DNA of 64,000 nt from an uncultured delta proteobacterium (lineage in GTDB: Bacteria > Myxococcota_A > Polyangia > Polyangiales > Houyiibacteriaceae). Positions 1 to 9,256 of the stretch are shown here, in pieces. The first letter of the stretch is position 1. Every line of letters begins with the position of its first letter. Below the pieces are notes generated by a model. That model had not been told where the DNA came from. It did not search any database and saw only the letters and a list, made by a program, of their open reading frames with translations. The stretch covers positions 330,425 through 394,424 of the forward strand of contig CAWFPD010000004.1 in the NCBI GenBank assembly GCA_963817725.1. The letters are read 5' to 3'. The translations under genes and the position numbers were made by a program.

Positions 1-1
1 G

Positions 2-694
2 CTGGTGAGCTTCGTATTCGTGGATACGGACAGGGCGATCGCAGAGTACGTCCAGGAGGCCAAGCGCGTGGTAGCCGACCGGGTCGACCTTCCCGCGGGC
101 GTGTGGCTCGGATGGGCTGGACAGTTCAAGTATTTCGAACGAGCCAAGGAAAGGCTCAAGCTGGTCGTTCCCATCACCTTGCTCTTGGTGATGATGCTCC
201 TCTACTGGAACACCAAATCCTGGACCGAGACGGCTATCGTCATGCTCGCAGTGCCTTTTTCACTCATCGGTGCGATCTGGTTGCTGTTCCTCCTCGACTA
301 CAACCTGAGTGTGGCGGTGTGGGTGGGCATGATTGCGCTCGCTGGCCTGGACGCCGAGACCGGCGTCGTGATGCTGCTCTACTTGACGCTGGCGCATCGC
401 AAACGGCGAGAGCAAGGCAACCTTCGTAATCGTTCGGATCTCACCGAAGCCATCGTCGATGGCGCGGCACGCCGCGTCCGGCCCAAGCTGATGACCGTAC
501 TGACCACGACGATTGCCCTCTTACCCATTTTGTGGAGCACGGGGACGGGGGCAGACGTGATGAAGCGTATTGCGGCCCCCATGGTCGGTGGCCTCGTGAC
601 GTCGTTTTTGCTCGAGCTCACGGTGTATCCAGCAATTTTCTCCGTGTGGAAGGGCCGCTTCCTTCCCGCACCGCAGGCCGAGGCGGTACAGTAG
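2..694 (+). CDS. Heavy-metal efflux RND pump (CusA/CzcA family), C-terminal part; open at the 5' window edge
   Basis: The ORF runs from the window edge. The translation (VPITLLLVMMLLYWNTKSW...AVPFSLIGAIWLLFLLDYNLSVAVWVGMIALAGLDAETGVVMLLYL...LPILWSTGTGADVMKRIAAPMVGGLVTS) looks like the last TM bundle of HME-RND transporters. Confidence 0.85.
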   Translation: MVSFVFVDTDRAIAEYVQEAKRVVADRVDLPAGVWLGWAGQFKYFERAKERLKLVVPITLLLVMMLLYWNTKSWTETAIVMLAVPFSLIGAIWLLFLLDYNLSVAVWVGMIALAGLDAETGVVMLLYLTLAHRKRREQGNLRNRSDLTEAIVDGAARRVRPKLMTVLTTTIALLPILWSTGTGADVMKRIAAPMVGGLVTSFLLELTVYPAIFSVWKGRFLPAPQAEAVQ

Positions 695-707
695 AAAGGA
701 GATGACA

Positions 708-1244
708 ATGACTCGTATACAATCAATCCCGCGTCTCATATGGACAGCAATCGGAGTTTGTAGCCTCCTCTGCGCATGCTCCAAGAGCGAGCCGGTGGCA
801 CCCGAGACGCAGCCGCCGGTGCCCGCCGTGACGCTCGAAGGCATCGAGAAGGCGATCTCCTCGTACGAGGAAATCGCCAAGGCGCTCGCAGAGGATCGCG
901 CGAACGTGAGAGTACAGGCGCTCACACTCGCGGGGGCGGCACAGGCGGCTTTGACGACGGCTCCAGAAGCCCTGCAGAAGCCACTCGCGGATCTCTCGGC
1001 CGCTTCTCAACACCTAGCGACGCTCGCGGTCGATGACGTAGCCGAAGCGAGAGACGCTTTTGGCGACGTCAGCCAGGCGATGATCTCGCTCCTGTCCGCA
1101 GCTCCCAGCCTTCGGGAGGGTCTGCACGTCTTCGAATGCCCGATGGCGAAGGGCTACCAGAAGTGGGTGCAGAGCGATGAAGCCGTCTCGAACCCATACA
1201 TGGGAAGCGAGATGCCTCAGTGCGGCACTCCCGCGCACTTCTGA
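708..1244 (+). CDS. DUF3347-like metal-associated lipoprotein
   Basis: AAGGAG (696-701) lies 6 nt before the ATG at 708; the alternative ATG at 702 is too close to it. Lipobox LLCAC. The C-terminus, HVFECPMAKGYQKWVQ...NPYMGSEMPQCG, is typical of DUF3347 proteins found next to Cus/Czc pumps. Confidence 0.7.
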   Translation: MTRIQSIPRLIWTAIGVCSLLCACSKSEPVAPETQPPVPAVTLEGIEKAISSYEEIAKALAEDRANVRVQALTLAGAAQAALTTAPEALQKPLADLSAASQHLATLAVDDVAEARDAFGDVSQAMISLLSAAPSLREGLHVFECPMAKGYQKWVQSDEAVSNPYMGSEMPQCGTPAHF

Positions 1245-1258
1245 GCTCAGCCGGGCCG

Positions 1259-1606
1259 TCAGCGCAACAGCAACACATAGAGGATGGACCCAGCGACTAC
1301 GAGCAAAGCTCCGATCGCCACCGCCACGGGCCCGCGTCTGGCCACGGGAAACGTCCCCTCCTCTAGGTTCTTGGAGACTCGAAGGTAACGAGCGACCGCG
1401 TAGAGCAGAGCCAAGCCGCCGAAGCTGATGAACCCCACACCGGCGGCCACGGTAATCACCCGTTCACCGCCTGCACCTAGGCGTTCCAGCAGAACACCGA
1501 GTCCCACCAGGCCAAGCGCGGTCCGAACCCAGGCTAAATACGTCCGCTCGTTGGCCAGATGGTCGCGGGCGGTGCTCTCGCGATTCTCCACGACGGGTCG
1601 AGGCAT
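1259..1606 (-). CDS. DUF202 (YidH-like) small membrane protein
   Basis: Carries the LANERTYLAWVRTALGLVGLGV motif followed by two further hydrophobic helices. The start is placed at the internal Met (MPRPVV); the longer 148-aa ORF is also possible. Confidence 0.65.
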   Translation of the reverse strand: MPRPVVENRESTARDHLANERTYLAWVRTALGLVGLGVLLERLGAGGERVITVAAGVGFISFGGLALLYAVARYLRVSKNLEEGTFPVARRGPVAVAIGALLVVAGSILYVLLLR

Positions 1607-1673
1607 TGGATGGTTTGATAGCACACCTCGCACCGGCCAGCGCCTCCGAGTATTCTCCGGACCGAGGGACGAC

Positions 1674-2424
1674 ATGACTCTGGAACGCATGAGCCCGGTC
1701 GACACGGCCTGGCTTCACATGGATGAGCCGGGCAATCCGGCGGACATCGTGACGCTCTTGACGCTCGACGAGCAGCTTCCGTACAACGCGCTCAAGGACA
1801 CCATCGAAGACAGACTCTTGAAGTAAGAGCGCTTCAAGCAGCGCGTGACGGACTGCGACGGCCATCCGAGCTGGCAGCACGACGAGGCGTTCCATATCGA
1901 GCGCCATGTCACTCATCAGGTGTTCGATGCACCCCTGACGACGGAATCCCTGAGAGAGCTCGTGGGCAACCTCGGCAACCAATCGCTCCGCAAGGATCGT
2001 CCATCACCCGACCCAAGCTTTGGACCTGGCGAAACAAGGCAGAGCCTTGGCTCTGAGCCATCCGCTCGATCGAAGAGATGGATGATTCGATGGGAAATCG
2101 GTTCGGGCTCGTCTTCCTCGACGTTCCCATCAATCAAAGGACGACCGAGTCGAGGTATTCGGGAAAAAGGCGAGCCTGGTGGTCACCAACGTGCCGGGGC
2201 CTCGCGAGGCGCTTTAGATCGGAGGGAAGCGCCTGCAAGATATGATGTTTTGGGTGCCGCATCCGGCACGCTTGGGTGTTGGCCTGAGTATCCTGAGCTA
2301 CGCCGGAAAGGTGATTGTGGGCGTCCGGGTCGACGAGGCTGTGAGTAAACACCCCGGCCGGCTCGTCGAGCTATTCGAGGAACAAGCGTCTGGAATGCTC
2401 GGAAAGGCAGATACTTCGTATTGA
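1674..2424 (+). pseudogene. Decayed wax-ester synthase/diacylglycerol acyltransferase (WS/DGAT) remnant
   Basis: An N-terminal WS/DGAT-like stretch (MSPVDTAWLHMDEP...) ends at an in-frame TAA (1824-1826), after which the homology continues (ERFKQRV...PSWQHDEAFHIERHV). The central HHxxxDG region is missing. A GNRFGLVFLDVP segment lies in another frame, and there is a frame change in the A-run near 2163. An in-frame TAG (2215-2217) falls inside VVTNVPGPREAL*IGG. The C-terminus reads LSILSYAGKVIVGVRVD. Confidence 0.75.
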
Positions 2425-2477
2425 CGAGGACGAGGTTCCCTGTGAATCTCGGCTCCCACGACGGAAAGGGTTTTGGA

Positions 2478-3479
2478 ATGTATCGTCGCTTTGTACCAAT
2501 TTTGCTACTTCTGGCTGCTGCTCTCGTGCTTCCCGGAACCAGCACGACCACCCACGCGGAGGCGGCGTATACCTTCCGCATCGCTTCGCTCGCGCCAGCC
2601 GGCTCTTCGTGGATGAAGATCCTCAACGCGTGGAATTCGACGCTTCAAGCGAAGACCGACGGGAAAGTGAAGATGCGCTTTTACCCGGGCGGCTCCCAGG
2701 GCGATGAGCGGGACTTCGTCCGCAAGATGCGCGTGGGACAGCTCGACGGGGGCGTTGTCACGATGACTGGGATGAGCCTGCTCCTTCCGGCGATGAACGT
2801 GCTGGTCTTACCAGGCTTGCTCGACACCTACGAAGAGCTCGACCGAGTCCGAGAGAAGATGGCCGACAAGTTCGCAAGCATGTTCGAGCAGGAAGGCTTC
2901 AAGCTGGTCGGCTGGGGTGATGCAGGCAAGACGCGGCTTTTTTCGGTGAAGCCGATCAAGTCGCCTTCGGACATCAAGTCGATGCGCCCATGGGTTTGGA
3001 AAGACGACCCGATCTTCATCGAGTTCTATCAAGTGATTGGCGCGAGCCCCGTTCGTCTGGGCGTGCCCGAAGTCTATCCAGCTCTGCAGACGCGAATGGT
3101 GGACGTCATCTCGTCTTCCGCGCTCACCGCGGTGGCCCTGCAGTGGTACACGCGGGTCGGCTACATGACCGCGCACAACTCGGCCATCATCGCCGGCGGC
3201 ACCATGATGCGCAAAGACAAGTACGACGAGCTGCCGCCCGACCTTCGAGAGATCTTCCAGAGCACCGCAGATCGGGCACACGAGCTCCTAAACAAGACAA
3301 TCCGCAGGGATGATCAAAAAGCGTACGACGTGGTGGTAAAAAAGGGCATCGTTCCCGTCGAAGCCGGCGATGCGAAGCCCGAGTGGGACGCCGCCGACAA
3401 GAAGGTACGGGACAACCTGACGGGACGTATGTTCTCGAAGAGCCTGGTCGAAGCCGTCGAAGCGGCCGCCAAGCCCTAG
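2478..3479 (+). CDS. dctP: TRAP-type transporter substrate-binding protein (DctP family)
   Basis: Signal peptide MYRRFVPILLLLAAALVLPG, then a DctP-like region: FRIASLAPAGSSWMKILNAWNSTLQAKTDGKVKMRFYPGGSQGDERDFVRKMRVGQLDGG. Confidence 0.75.
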   Translation: MYRRFVPILLLLAAALVLPGTSTTTHAEAAYTFRIASLAPAGSSWMKILNAWNSTLQAKTDGKVKMRFYPGGSQGDERDFVRKMRVGQLDGGVVTMTGMSLLLPAMNVLVLPGLLDTYEELDRVREKMADKFASMFEQEGFKLVGWGDAGKTRLFSVKPIKSPSDIKSMRPWVWKDDPIFIEFYQVIGASPVRLGVPEVYPALQTRMVDVISSSALTAVALQWYTRVGYMTAHNSAIIAGGTMMRKDKYDELPPDLREIFQSTADRAHELLNKTIRRDDQKAYDVVVKKGIVPVEAGDAKPEWDAADKKVRDNLTGRMFSKSLVEAVEAAAKP

Positions 3480-3493
3480 CCACCATTCGAACG

Positions 3494-5113
3494 CTACGCG
3501 TGGAACTGGCCGGCTAACTTCGTGGAAAGCTTGTACACGAGCCCGTAAATGGAGAGCTGCGGGTTGGCTCCGACGCTGGTTGGGAAGAGGGAACCGTCCA
3601 TGATGTAGAGGTGCTCCAGGTGGTGGAACTTGCCGTCGCAATCGGTAACGCTTCGGGTTTCGTCATCTCCCATCGGGCAACCGCCCATGACGTGGGCACT
3701 CCCCACCGTAGCCTTGTACGGCGCCACCCCGAGCGCCGCGATTGCGGCTTTGGCTTCGTTCCATGACGAGTAATGCGTGGCTTGCTTGTGCGCGGGTCGG
3801 ACAGTTTTCGCTCCGGTCGCGAACTGCATCTCGGTCATGATGTTCCAAGCACGTTGCACGCCTTCGAGCAGGTAATCGTTGAGTGGATAGTCGAGCAACG
3901 GACGCCCCTGATCGTCAATCTCGACCGTTCCGCCCTGACTTTGCTCGTGAAAGCCGTCCCGCAACAGCGCGATCATGCACTGCGTCCGATTGAGCCGGTC
4001 CATGCTCCGCGTGAGCTCCTCACCCGAAGCGCCGTAAAACCCGGCCGCAAACGCCGGCTGAAGCGGCGGCACCTCCAACTTGAAGTTGACCGGCCCTTGG
4101 TCGACGTTTTGCCATTGAAAATGGTCCGAGTAGATCGATTGGGGTGCTCCATAAAACGGATCGATCACCTCGTCGTAAATCGCAATCGTCAATGTGGTGG
4201 GGTGCAAAAAGGTCCTCTTACCGATCCGGCCGTAGGGATCGGGAGCCTCGGACCGAAGCAAGATGGCAGGCGTGTTGATCGCGCCGCCTGCCAACACGGT
4301 CCGGGTGGCGCGCACCGTGACCCTCTGACCGGTCGTGCCGCGTACGTTTGGAGTCAGTGCTTCGGCTTCCACGCCTTTGACGGCGTCGCCCTCGCGTAAG
4401 AGGCGCACGACCCGCGCATGGTGGACGAGCTTGGCTTTGTTGTTTAATGCGCCCGGAATGGTCGTGGTCAGCATGGACTGCTTGGCATCGACCGGGCAGC
4501 CGAGACCGCAATAGCCGAGGTTCAAACAACCACGCACGTTGCGGCGAATCTTTGCCCATGAATAACCGAGCTTCTCCGCAGCTCGTTGCAACATGGCATT
4601 GTTTGGATTGGGTGGCTCGGCCCATTCCTGAATGTTGAGGCGATGCTCCATGTGTTCGAAAAAGGGCGCCATTTCGTCAACGGAGCATCCGCTCACGCCC
4701 ATGTGCTCGGACCAGAACTTCAAGGTCTCTGGAGGCGTGCGGAAGCTGGTGGTCCAGTTGACCGTCGTCGATCCGCCGACGGCGCGACCCTGCAGAATCA
4801 CGATCCCGCCATCCTTGGTTCCGCGCCCCGTTCCCTCTTGGTAGAGGTCGCGGTATGCTGCCCGCTCCTGCATATCGAACTTCGTCGATGTCTTGAGGGG
4901 TCCGGCTTCGAGCAGCACCACGCGCAAGCCTGCCTCGCTCAATGTTTCAGCTGCCGTCCCGCCTCCAGCCCCGGTTCCCACGACGACCACGTCCGCCTCG
5001 ATCTCGAGGGGAGAAGTGAGCGCGCTGGCGTCGGTGATGTCCCAACCGCGTGCAGCGGCATCGTTGTATGGATCAGTCGTGCTGCCCAAGGTCAGCTTGG
5101 AAAGATCTCTCAC
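3494..5113 (-). CDS. GMC-family FAD oxidoreductase (catalytic subunit)
   Basis: Has the dinucleotide fold VVVVGTGAGGGTAAETLSEAGLRVVLLEAG and a GMC-type C-terminus (GSAHVMGGCPMG...LYIMDGSLFPTSVGANPQLSIY). Its GTG start overlaps the upstream stop (GTGA at 5110-5113). Confidence 0.85.
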   Translation of the reverse strand: MRDLSKLTLGSTTDPYNDAAARGWDITDASALTSPLEIEADVVVVGTGAGGGTAAETLSEAGLRVVLLEAGPLKTSTKFDMQERAAYRDLYQEGTGRGTKDGGIVILQGRAVGGSTTVNWTTSFRTPPETLKFWSEHMGVSGCSVDEMAPFFEHMEHRLNIQEWAEPPNPNNAMLQRAAEKLGYSWAKIRRNVRGCLNLGYCGLGCPVDAKQSMLTTTIPGALNNKAKLVHHARVVRLLREGDAVKGVEAEALTPNVRGTTGQRVTVRATRTVLAGGAINTPAILLRSEAPDPYGRIGKRTFLHPTTLTIAIYDEVIDPFYGAPQSIYSDHFQWQNVDQGPVNFKLEVPPLQPAFAAGFYGASGEELTRSMDRLNRTQCMIALLRDGFHEQSQGGTVEIDDQGRPLLDYPLNDYLLEGVQRAWNIMTEMQFATGAKTVRPAHKQATHYSSWNEAKAAIAALGVAPYKATVGSAHVMGGCPMGDDETRSVTDCDGKFHHLEHLYIMDGSLFPTSVGANPQLSIYGLVYKLSTKLAGQFHA

Positions 5114-5718
5114 GGCGTCACCTCTTCGACTGGGACGGCTGCGGGAGCCGCGCCCACCACCTTCCGCGGAGGCCCCGGATACGCAGCCGTCGCCGCGTTC
5201 TCGGGGATGAGATACCAGGCGCTGATGACGAGCCGGATCGTCGCCCCGTAAATGGCATTGAGAAGCCCGATGCCGCTGTCACGAAGCCGGGCGAGGGCAT
5301 TTTCGGCATCTTGGACCGAAGCCTTGGACCAGGACGACCATTGTCCCGTCGTCAACCCCCGCGTGGGCCCGAAGCTGAGCACGTCGAACGCTTGCTGCAC
5401 GCCCTCGATGACCAGGCTGGAGAGATCGCCCATCAGCGTATCGAAGGAGTGCAACGTTTGATCGATTCCCGCCGTGTCGGAAGAAGCGACCTTCCCTTTC
5501 ATGACCGCCGGAATCAATGCACGCAGAAGCTCGACGTCTTCCGCTCGCAAGTATTTCATGCCCGTTGCGGGCGTGCTGGAGGTGCAGCCCGAAAGCGTGG
5601 CGCCCGCGCTGATCGTAGAAAGCGCTGCAGCTCCCGCGACGGACACCTTGAGAAAATTGCGTCGATCGGTTCGCATTGGACGGGGAGCATCGCCAGAAAG
5701 ATCGTGCTCGTCCAGCAC
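5110..5718 (-). CDS. Tat-signal small subunit (gluconate 2-dehydrogenase subunit 3-like)
   Basis: Twin-arginine signal RRNFLKVSVAGAAALS. Size (about 200 aa) and position directly upstream of a GMC flavoprotein fit this subunit family. Confidence 0.7.
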   Translation of the reverse strand: MLDEHDLSGDAPRPMRTDRRNFLKVSVAGAAALSTISAGATLSGCTSSTPATGMKYLRAEDVELLRALIPAVMKGKVASSDTAGIDQTLHSFDTLMGDLSSLVIEGVQQAFDVLSFGPTRGLTTGQWSSWSKASVQDAENALARLRDSGIGLLNAIYGATIRLVISAWYLIPENAATAAYPGPPRKVVGAAPAAVPVEEVTP

Positions 5719-5730
5719 AAAATCCTGCTG

Positions 5731-6459
5731 CTACCGGTGCGCGCTCCGGACGAAGTACTCGCTCATGGTGACGCTGGTGATCTTCCATAACGGAAGGAAG
5801 GCGGAGACGCTTCGCGCCATGATCGCCATGTTCTTGACGAGCTCCAGGCGGTTCCGCGCCCCATAGAAAAGAAAAGGATCCGTCATGTGCTCGGCGGACG
5901 GCCAAGACTCCTCCACGATCCCCTCGTATGGGACCGCACCGGGTGTCAGCACCTCGTCGACCACGTTGCGAACATACCGACTTCGCGGCTGCATGGCCTC
6001 GGACATCGGCCCTTGTCGATTGAACCAATGTTTCATCCACCGATCCTTCGGAATGCGTCTAGGACGCTCCAAGGGCGTAACGGAGACGACGCCGGGCGAC
6101 CTTTCGCCGTCCGGCCAGTCCCGCGCCCTGCCGTGGGGATTTCCGCCGTACTCCGTGTATAGATGCTCGGTCACTCGGTATCCTGCAAGGTCGAAGTCGG
6201 CATCGAGCAAGATTTCCTCCAGCGTGCCGCGAAGAGCTGGCTCGCCGATCCAGATGCTCACCTCGGCGATGAATGGATCGGTCATCTTCGTCGTGGGCGT
6301 CGGCGACGGCACGTCGGCGAAATCGTCGTCGATGTTCATCGCGAGATACCGGGCGCCCGCATCGAGAAGTTGGGGAGCGCAACGTTCGAGCAGCCTGGTG
6401 CGGCGCTCTGGTCGCGGCATCGGATTCCGCGGCCACAGAAGGTAAATCAGCTTGATCAT
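5731..6459 (-). CDS. Conserved hypothetical protein (possibly a tandem EthD/dimeric alpha-beta-barrel fold)
   Basis: The ATG (MIKLIYLLWPR) overlaps the upstream stop as ATGA at 6456-6459. No diagnostic catalytic motif was recognised. Coding is supported by this coupling and by its position within the operon. Confidence 0.5.
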   Translation of the reverse strand: MIKLIYLLWPRNPMPRPERRTRLLERCAPQLLDAGARYLAMNIDDDFADVPSPTPTTKMTDPFIAEVSIWIGEPALRGTLEEILLDADFDLAGYRVTEHLYTEYGGNPHGRARDWPDGERSPGVVSVTPLERPRRIPKDRWMKHWFNRQGPMSEAMQPRSRYVRNVVDEVLTPGAVPYEGIVEESWPSAEHMTDPFLFYGARNRLELVKNMAIMARSVSAFLPLWKITSVTMSEYFVRSAHR

Positions 6460-7520
6460 CGGGCTGCCTTGAACCGGTCGTGTGTGGCGCGAAAATCGTC
6501 CATGAGCTGCGGCAACCCTCGCGCTGAGCTGGTTCGCGGCGCATAGCCGAGATGTGCGCGGGCCTTGTCGATCCGGAACGAGGCGTCTTGCGTGACCGCC
6601 AGCACCCCGCGCCGAGTGAGCATCGGAGATGGACCCCCCAGATAGTGAATGAGCTCCCCGAGATAGGCGAAGGCGTACGCGAGAGGGCGTGGAATGTGCA
6701 GCTTGGGCCAAGAATACCCGAGCCCCTCGACGATCGGTCGATACCAGGTGACGGGATTGGTAGGCTCGTCGTCACTGACGAAGTACGCCTGGCCCCCCAC
6801 TCGCTCCGGTTGTTCCGTCAGCTTCTGAGCGACCAGGAAATGCGCGTCGACCACCGAATCGACATGCACGTTGTCCGTAACCGACCGGCCACTGCCGATC
6901 ATCGCCCTGAACTGCCCCATCGCAAGATGCTCGAGGAAGTCCTGCACCACGATCGCGCCTTCCCCCGGACCCCACACGCCGCCAGGACGGACAGCTGCCG
7001 TGCGAAGCCCTTCCGGATCGTCGGCCTCCAAGACCAGCTTTTCGGCCATGCTCTTGGTCTGCGAGTAGAGGTCGGGCAGGCCATTGGCGCCGACGTATGG
7101 AGCTGACTCGTCACCTCCGCGGATCGGCCCGTCGACCGCCACGGTGATCGAGCTGGTGAAGACGAGCTTCTTGACGCCTGCAGCGCGGCAGGCTCGGATG
7201 ACGGATTGGGTTCCCAAGACGTTGACGCCATAGACTTGCCGGCGGACGCTCGGCCGCGCGAGGGTCAACGTGTTGATGATCGCAGCGGTGTGAAACACCG
7301 TGTCCCCGCCCTCGCACGCAGGACGAATATCGCTCATCCGCCGGATGTCCCCCACGATGCTCGTCACGCGTGAGTCGCCTTCGAACGGAGCCAGGTCGAG
7401 CGCTCGAACCTCACAGCCGACCTCGAGCAAGCGGCGGATCAGGTGCTTGCCGACATAGCCGTTTCCGCCGGTCACCAGGCAGACGGGACCGACTCCATTT
7501 CGATCGACGGGAAGCTCCAT
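6456..7520 (-). CDS. NAD-dependent 3-beta-hydroxysteroid dehydrogenase/isomerase-family (extended SDR) protein
   Basis: Motifs seen: VCLVTGGNGYVGKHLIRRLLE, VFHTAA, YSQTK (YxxxK), and a 3beta-HSD-type C-terminus (AYFVSDDEPTNPVTWYRPIVEGLGYSWP...KARAHLGYAP). The start could instead be at 7547 or 7586. Confidence 0.75.
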   Translation of the reverse strand: MELPVDRNGVGPVCLVTGGNGYVGKHLIRRLLEVGCEVRALDLAPFEGDSRVTSIVGDIRRMSDIRPACEGGDTVFHTAAIINTLTLARPSVRRQVYGVNVLGTQSVIRACRAAGVKKLVFTSSITVAVDGPIRGGDESAPYVGANGLPDLYSQTKSMAEKLVLEADDPEGLRTAAVRPGGVWGPGEGAIVVQDFLEHLAMGQFRAMIGSGRSVTDNVHVDSVVDAHFLVAQKLTEQPERVGGQAYFVSDDEPTNPVTWYRPIVEGLGYSWPKLHIPRPLAYAFAYLGELIHYLGGPSPMLTRRGVLAVTQDASFRIDKARAHLGYAPRTSSARGLPQLMDDFRATHDRFKAAR

Positions 7521-7567
7521 CAGTCGCTGCGGACCTTGAACCGCCATGCTAGCTTGCGCAAACACCG

Positions 7568-9256
7568 ATGGGCAGCGTGACACCACTGTTGATCGAAGAC
7601 GTGGAGGGCGCGCGCTGGGACGACGACACCGACGTAGTCGTAGTGGGTCTCGGAGCGGCCGGCGTGACTACGGCGATCGAGGCCCGCGAACGGCGTGCCG
7701 ACGTGGTCATGCTGGACCGCTTCGAAGGAGGCGGGGCAACGGCCATCAGCGGAGGAGTGTTCTACGCGGGTGGCGGCACGCACATTCAGAAAGAAGCGGG
7801 CGTCGAAGACACGGTCGACAACATGCACCGCTATCTATCGATGGAGGTACAGGATGCCGTCTCGGACGAAACACTTCGGCATTTCTGCGAGACGAGCGCA
7901 GCCAACGTGAAATGGCTCACCGACCGGGGCGTGCCCTTTTTCGGAACTCTGTGTCCGGTGAAGACGTCGTATCCAACCAACGACTACCACCTCTATTACT
8001 CGGGCAACGAGGCCGTTCCTCCCTACCGCGACCAGGCAGTTCCAGCGCCTCGAGGCCACCGAACGGACGGAGGCGCATTCCCCGGCGCCAACTTCGTGGA
8101 GCCGCTTCGTAGGTGGGCAACCCAGATCGGGGTGCGCATCGTGCTCCAAGCCCGCGTCAGCCGGCTCATCGTGGATCCAACCGGCCGGGTGGTCGGCGCT
8201 GAATACAAGACAATCGAAGGAAGAGCGTGGCAGGAGCTGCATCGCCAACTGCATCGCCTGGAGACGGCCGTTGCCAAGGTCGCGCCAGCCATGGCGGGCC
8301 TGCTGCGACGGTGGTGCGATGCAATCGAAGAGAGACATTCGTCCTCGCGACGAATTCGCTGTCGTCGCGGCCTCGTCCTTTGCGCAGGAGGTTTCGTGTT
8401 CAATCGTGAGATGGTAGCCCAATACATCCCGGAGTTTCTCCCGGGGCTCGCATTGGGAACTGCGGGGGACGACGGCTTCGGCATTCGGCTGGGACAAAGC
8501 GTCGGTGGCAAGGTTGACCAGATGCACCGGGCTTCGGCGTGGCGCTTTTTGTACCCACCCAACGCCTTTGCCCAGGGAATGCTGATCAACGACAGGGGCG
8601 AACGCTTCGTCAATGAGCTTTGGTACGGAGCGAAAATCGGTGAAGCCATGGTGGAGAGCAATCACGGGGTGGCTACGCTCATCATCGACGAGCACCTTAG
8701 GAAGGTTGCGCTCGAGCAGTCGAGACCCGGTCAGCTTCAGTGGTTCCAACGCGGCACGGCGCTCATGAACCTCTATTTCAACAGCAAAAGAGCCCGTGAC
8801 ATCGACGAGCTGGCGACGATGCTAAAAGTGCCCATCGCCACGCTACGAAGCACCTTCGAAGCGTATAATGCCGCCGCAGACGGGCAGCGCTCCGATCCTT
8901 TCGGCAAAGATCGTGACAGCATGCACGTCATGCAAGAGGGTCCCTTCTACGCGATCGATTGCTCACTCGGATCCAAGCGTCACCCATGTGCAGTGATGAC
9001 CCTGGGGGGACTTGCCGTCGATGAAAAGACGGGTCAGGTGCTGAGCGAGCAGGGCAGCGTCGTGCCTGGGCTCTTCGCTGCAGGCAGGAACGCGGTCGGC
9101 GTCTGCTCACGCCAGTATGTGAGCGGCCTCTCGATCGCGGACTGCGTTTACTCGGCTTTGCGTGCCGCACGCCACGTCACACGGACGGCAAAGATGCGGC
9201 TTTCAGCAACCGGTGACCTCGAGGGTGCCGGAGGTGGTGTCGTAGGTGACGTCTAG
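7568..9256 (+). CDS. FAD-binding dehydrogenase (FAD_binding_2 type; 3-ketosteroid-1-dehydrogenase / fumarate-reductase flavoprotein-like)
   Basis: N-terminus reads DVVVVGLGAAGVTTAIEARERRADVVMLDRFEGGGATAISGGVFYAGGG; C-terminus reads GLFAAGRNAVGVCSRQYVSGLSIADC. Confidence 0.75.
   Translation: MGSVTPLLIEDVEGARWDDDTDVVVVGLGAAGVTTAIEARERRADVVMLDRFEGGGATAISGGVFYAGGGTHIQKEAGVEDTVDNMHRYLSMEVQDAVSDETLRHFCETSAANVKWLTDRGVPFFGTLCPVKTSYPTNDYHLYYSGNEAVPPYRDQAVPAPRGHRTDGGAFPGANFVEPLRRWATQIGVRIVLQARVSRLIVDPTGRVVGAEYKTIEGRAWQELHRQLHRLETAVAKVAPAMAGLLRRWCDAIEERHSSSRRIRCRRGLVLCAGGFVFNREMVAQYIPEFLPGLALGTAGDDGFGIRLGQSVGGKVDQMHRASAWRFLYPPNAFAQGMLINDRGERFVNELWYGAKIGEAMVESNHGVATLIIDEHLRKVALEQSRPGQLQWFQRGTALMNLYFNSKRARDIDELATMLKVPIATLRSTFEAYNAAADGQRSDPFGKDRDSMHVMQEGPFYAIDCSLGSKRHPCAVMTLGGLAVDEKTGQVLSEQGSVVPGLFAAGRNAVGVCSRQYVSGLSIADCVYSALRAARHVTRTAKMRLSATGDLEGAGGGVVGDV

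Noticed and set aside
1428-1673. N-terminal extension of the first WS/DGAT fragment ORF (and similar long N-terminal extensions of ORFs at 5731-6711, 28610-29533, 36893-38125, 42380-43288, 49941-51374, 52074-53468, 60951-62483 and 62480-63307)
   Set aside because: The extensions are Arg/Pro-rich, overlap neighbouring genes, and lack family homology. Internal starts with an RBS, a signal peptide or a 4-nt overlap with the upstream stop fit better.
9203-9256. 54-bp tail-to-tail overlap of the KstD-like and GH31 genes
   Set aside because: This is probably just a consequence of rare stop codons in GC-rich sequence extending the KstD-like C-terminus. No structure or motif was seen in the overlap.
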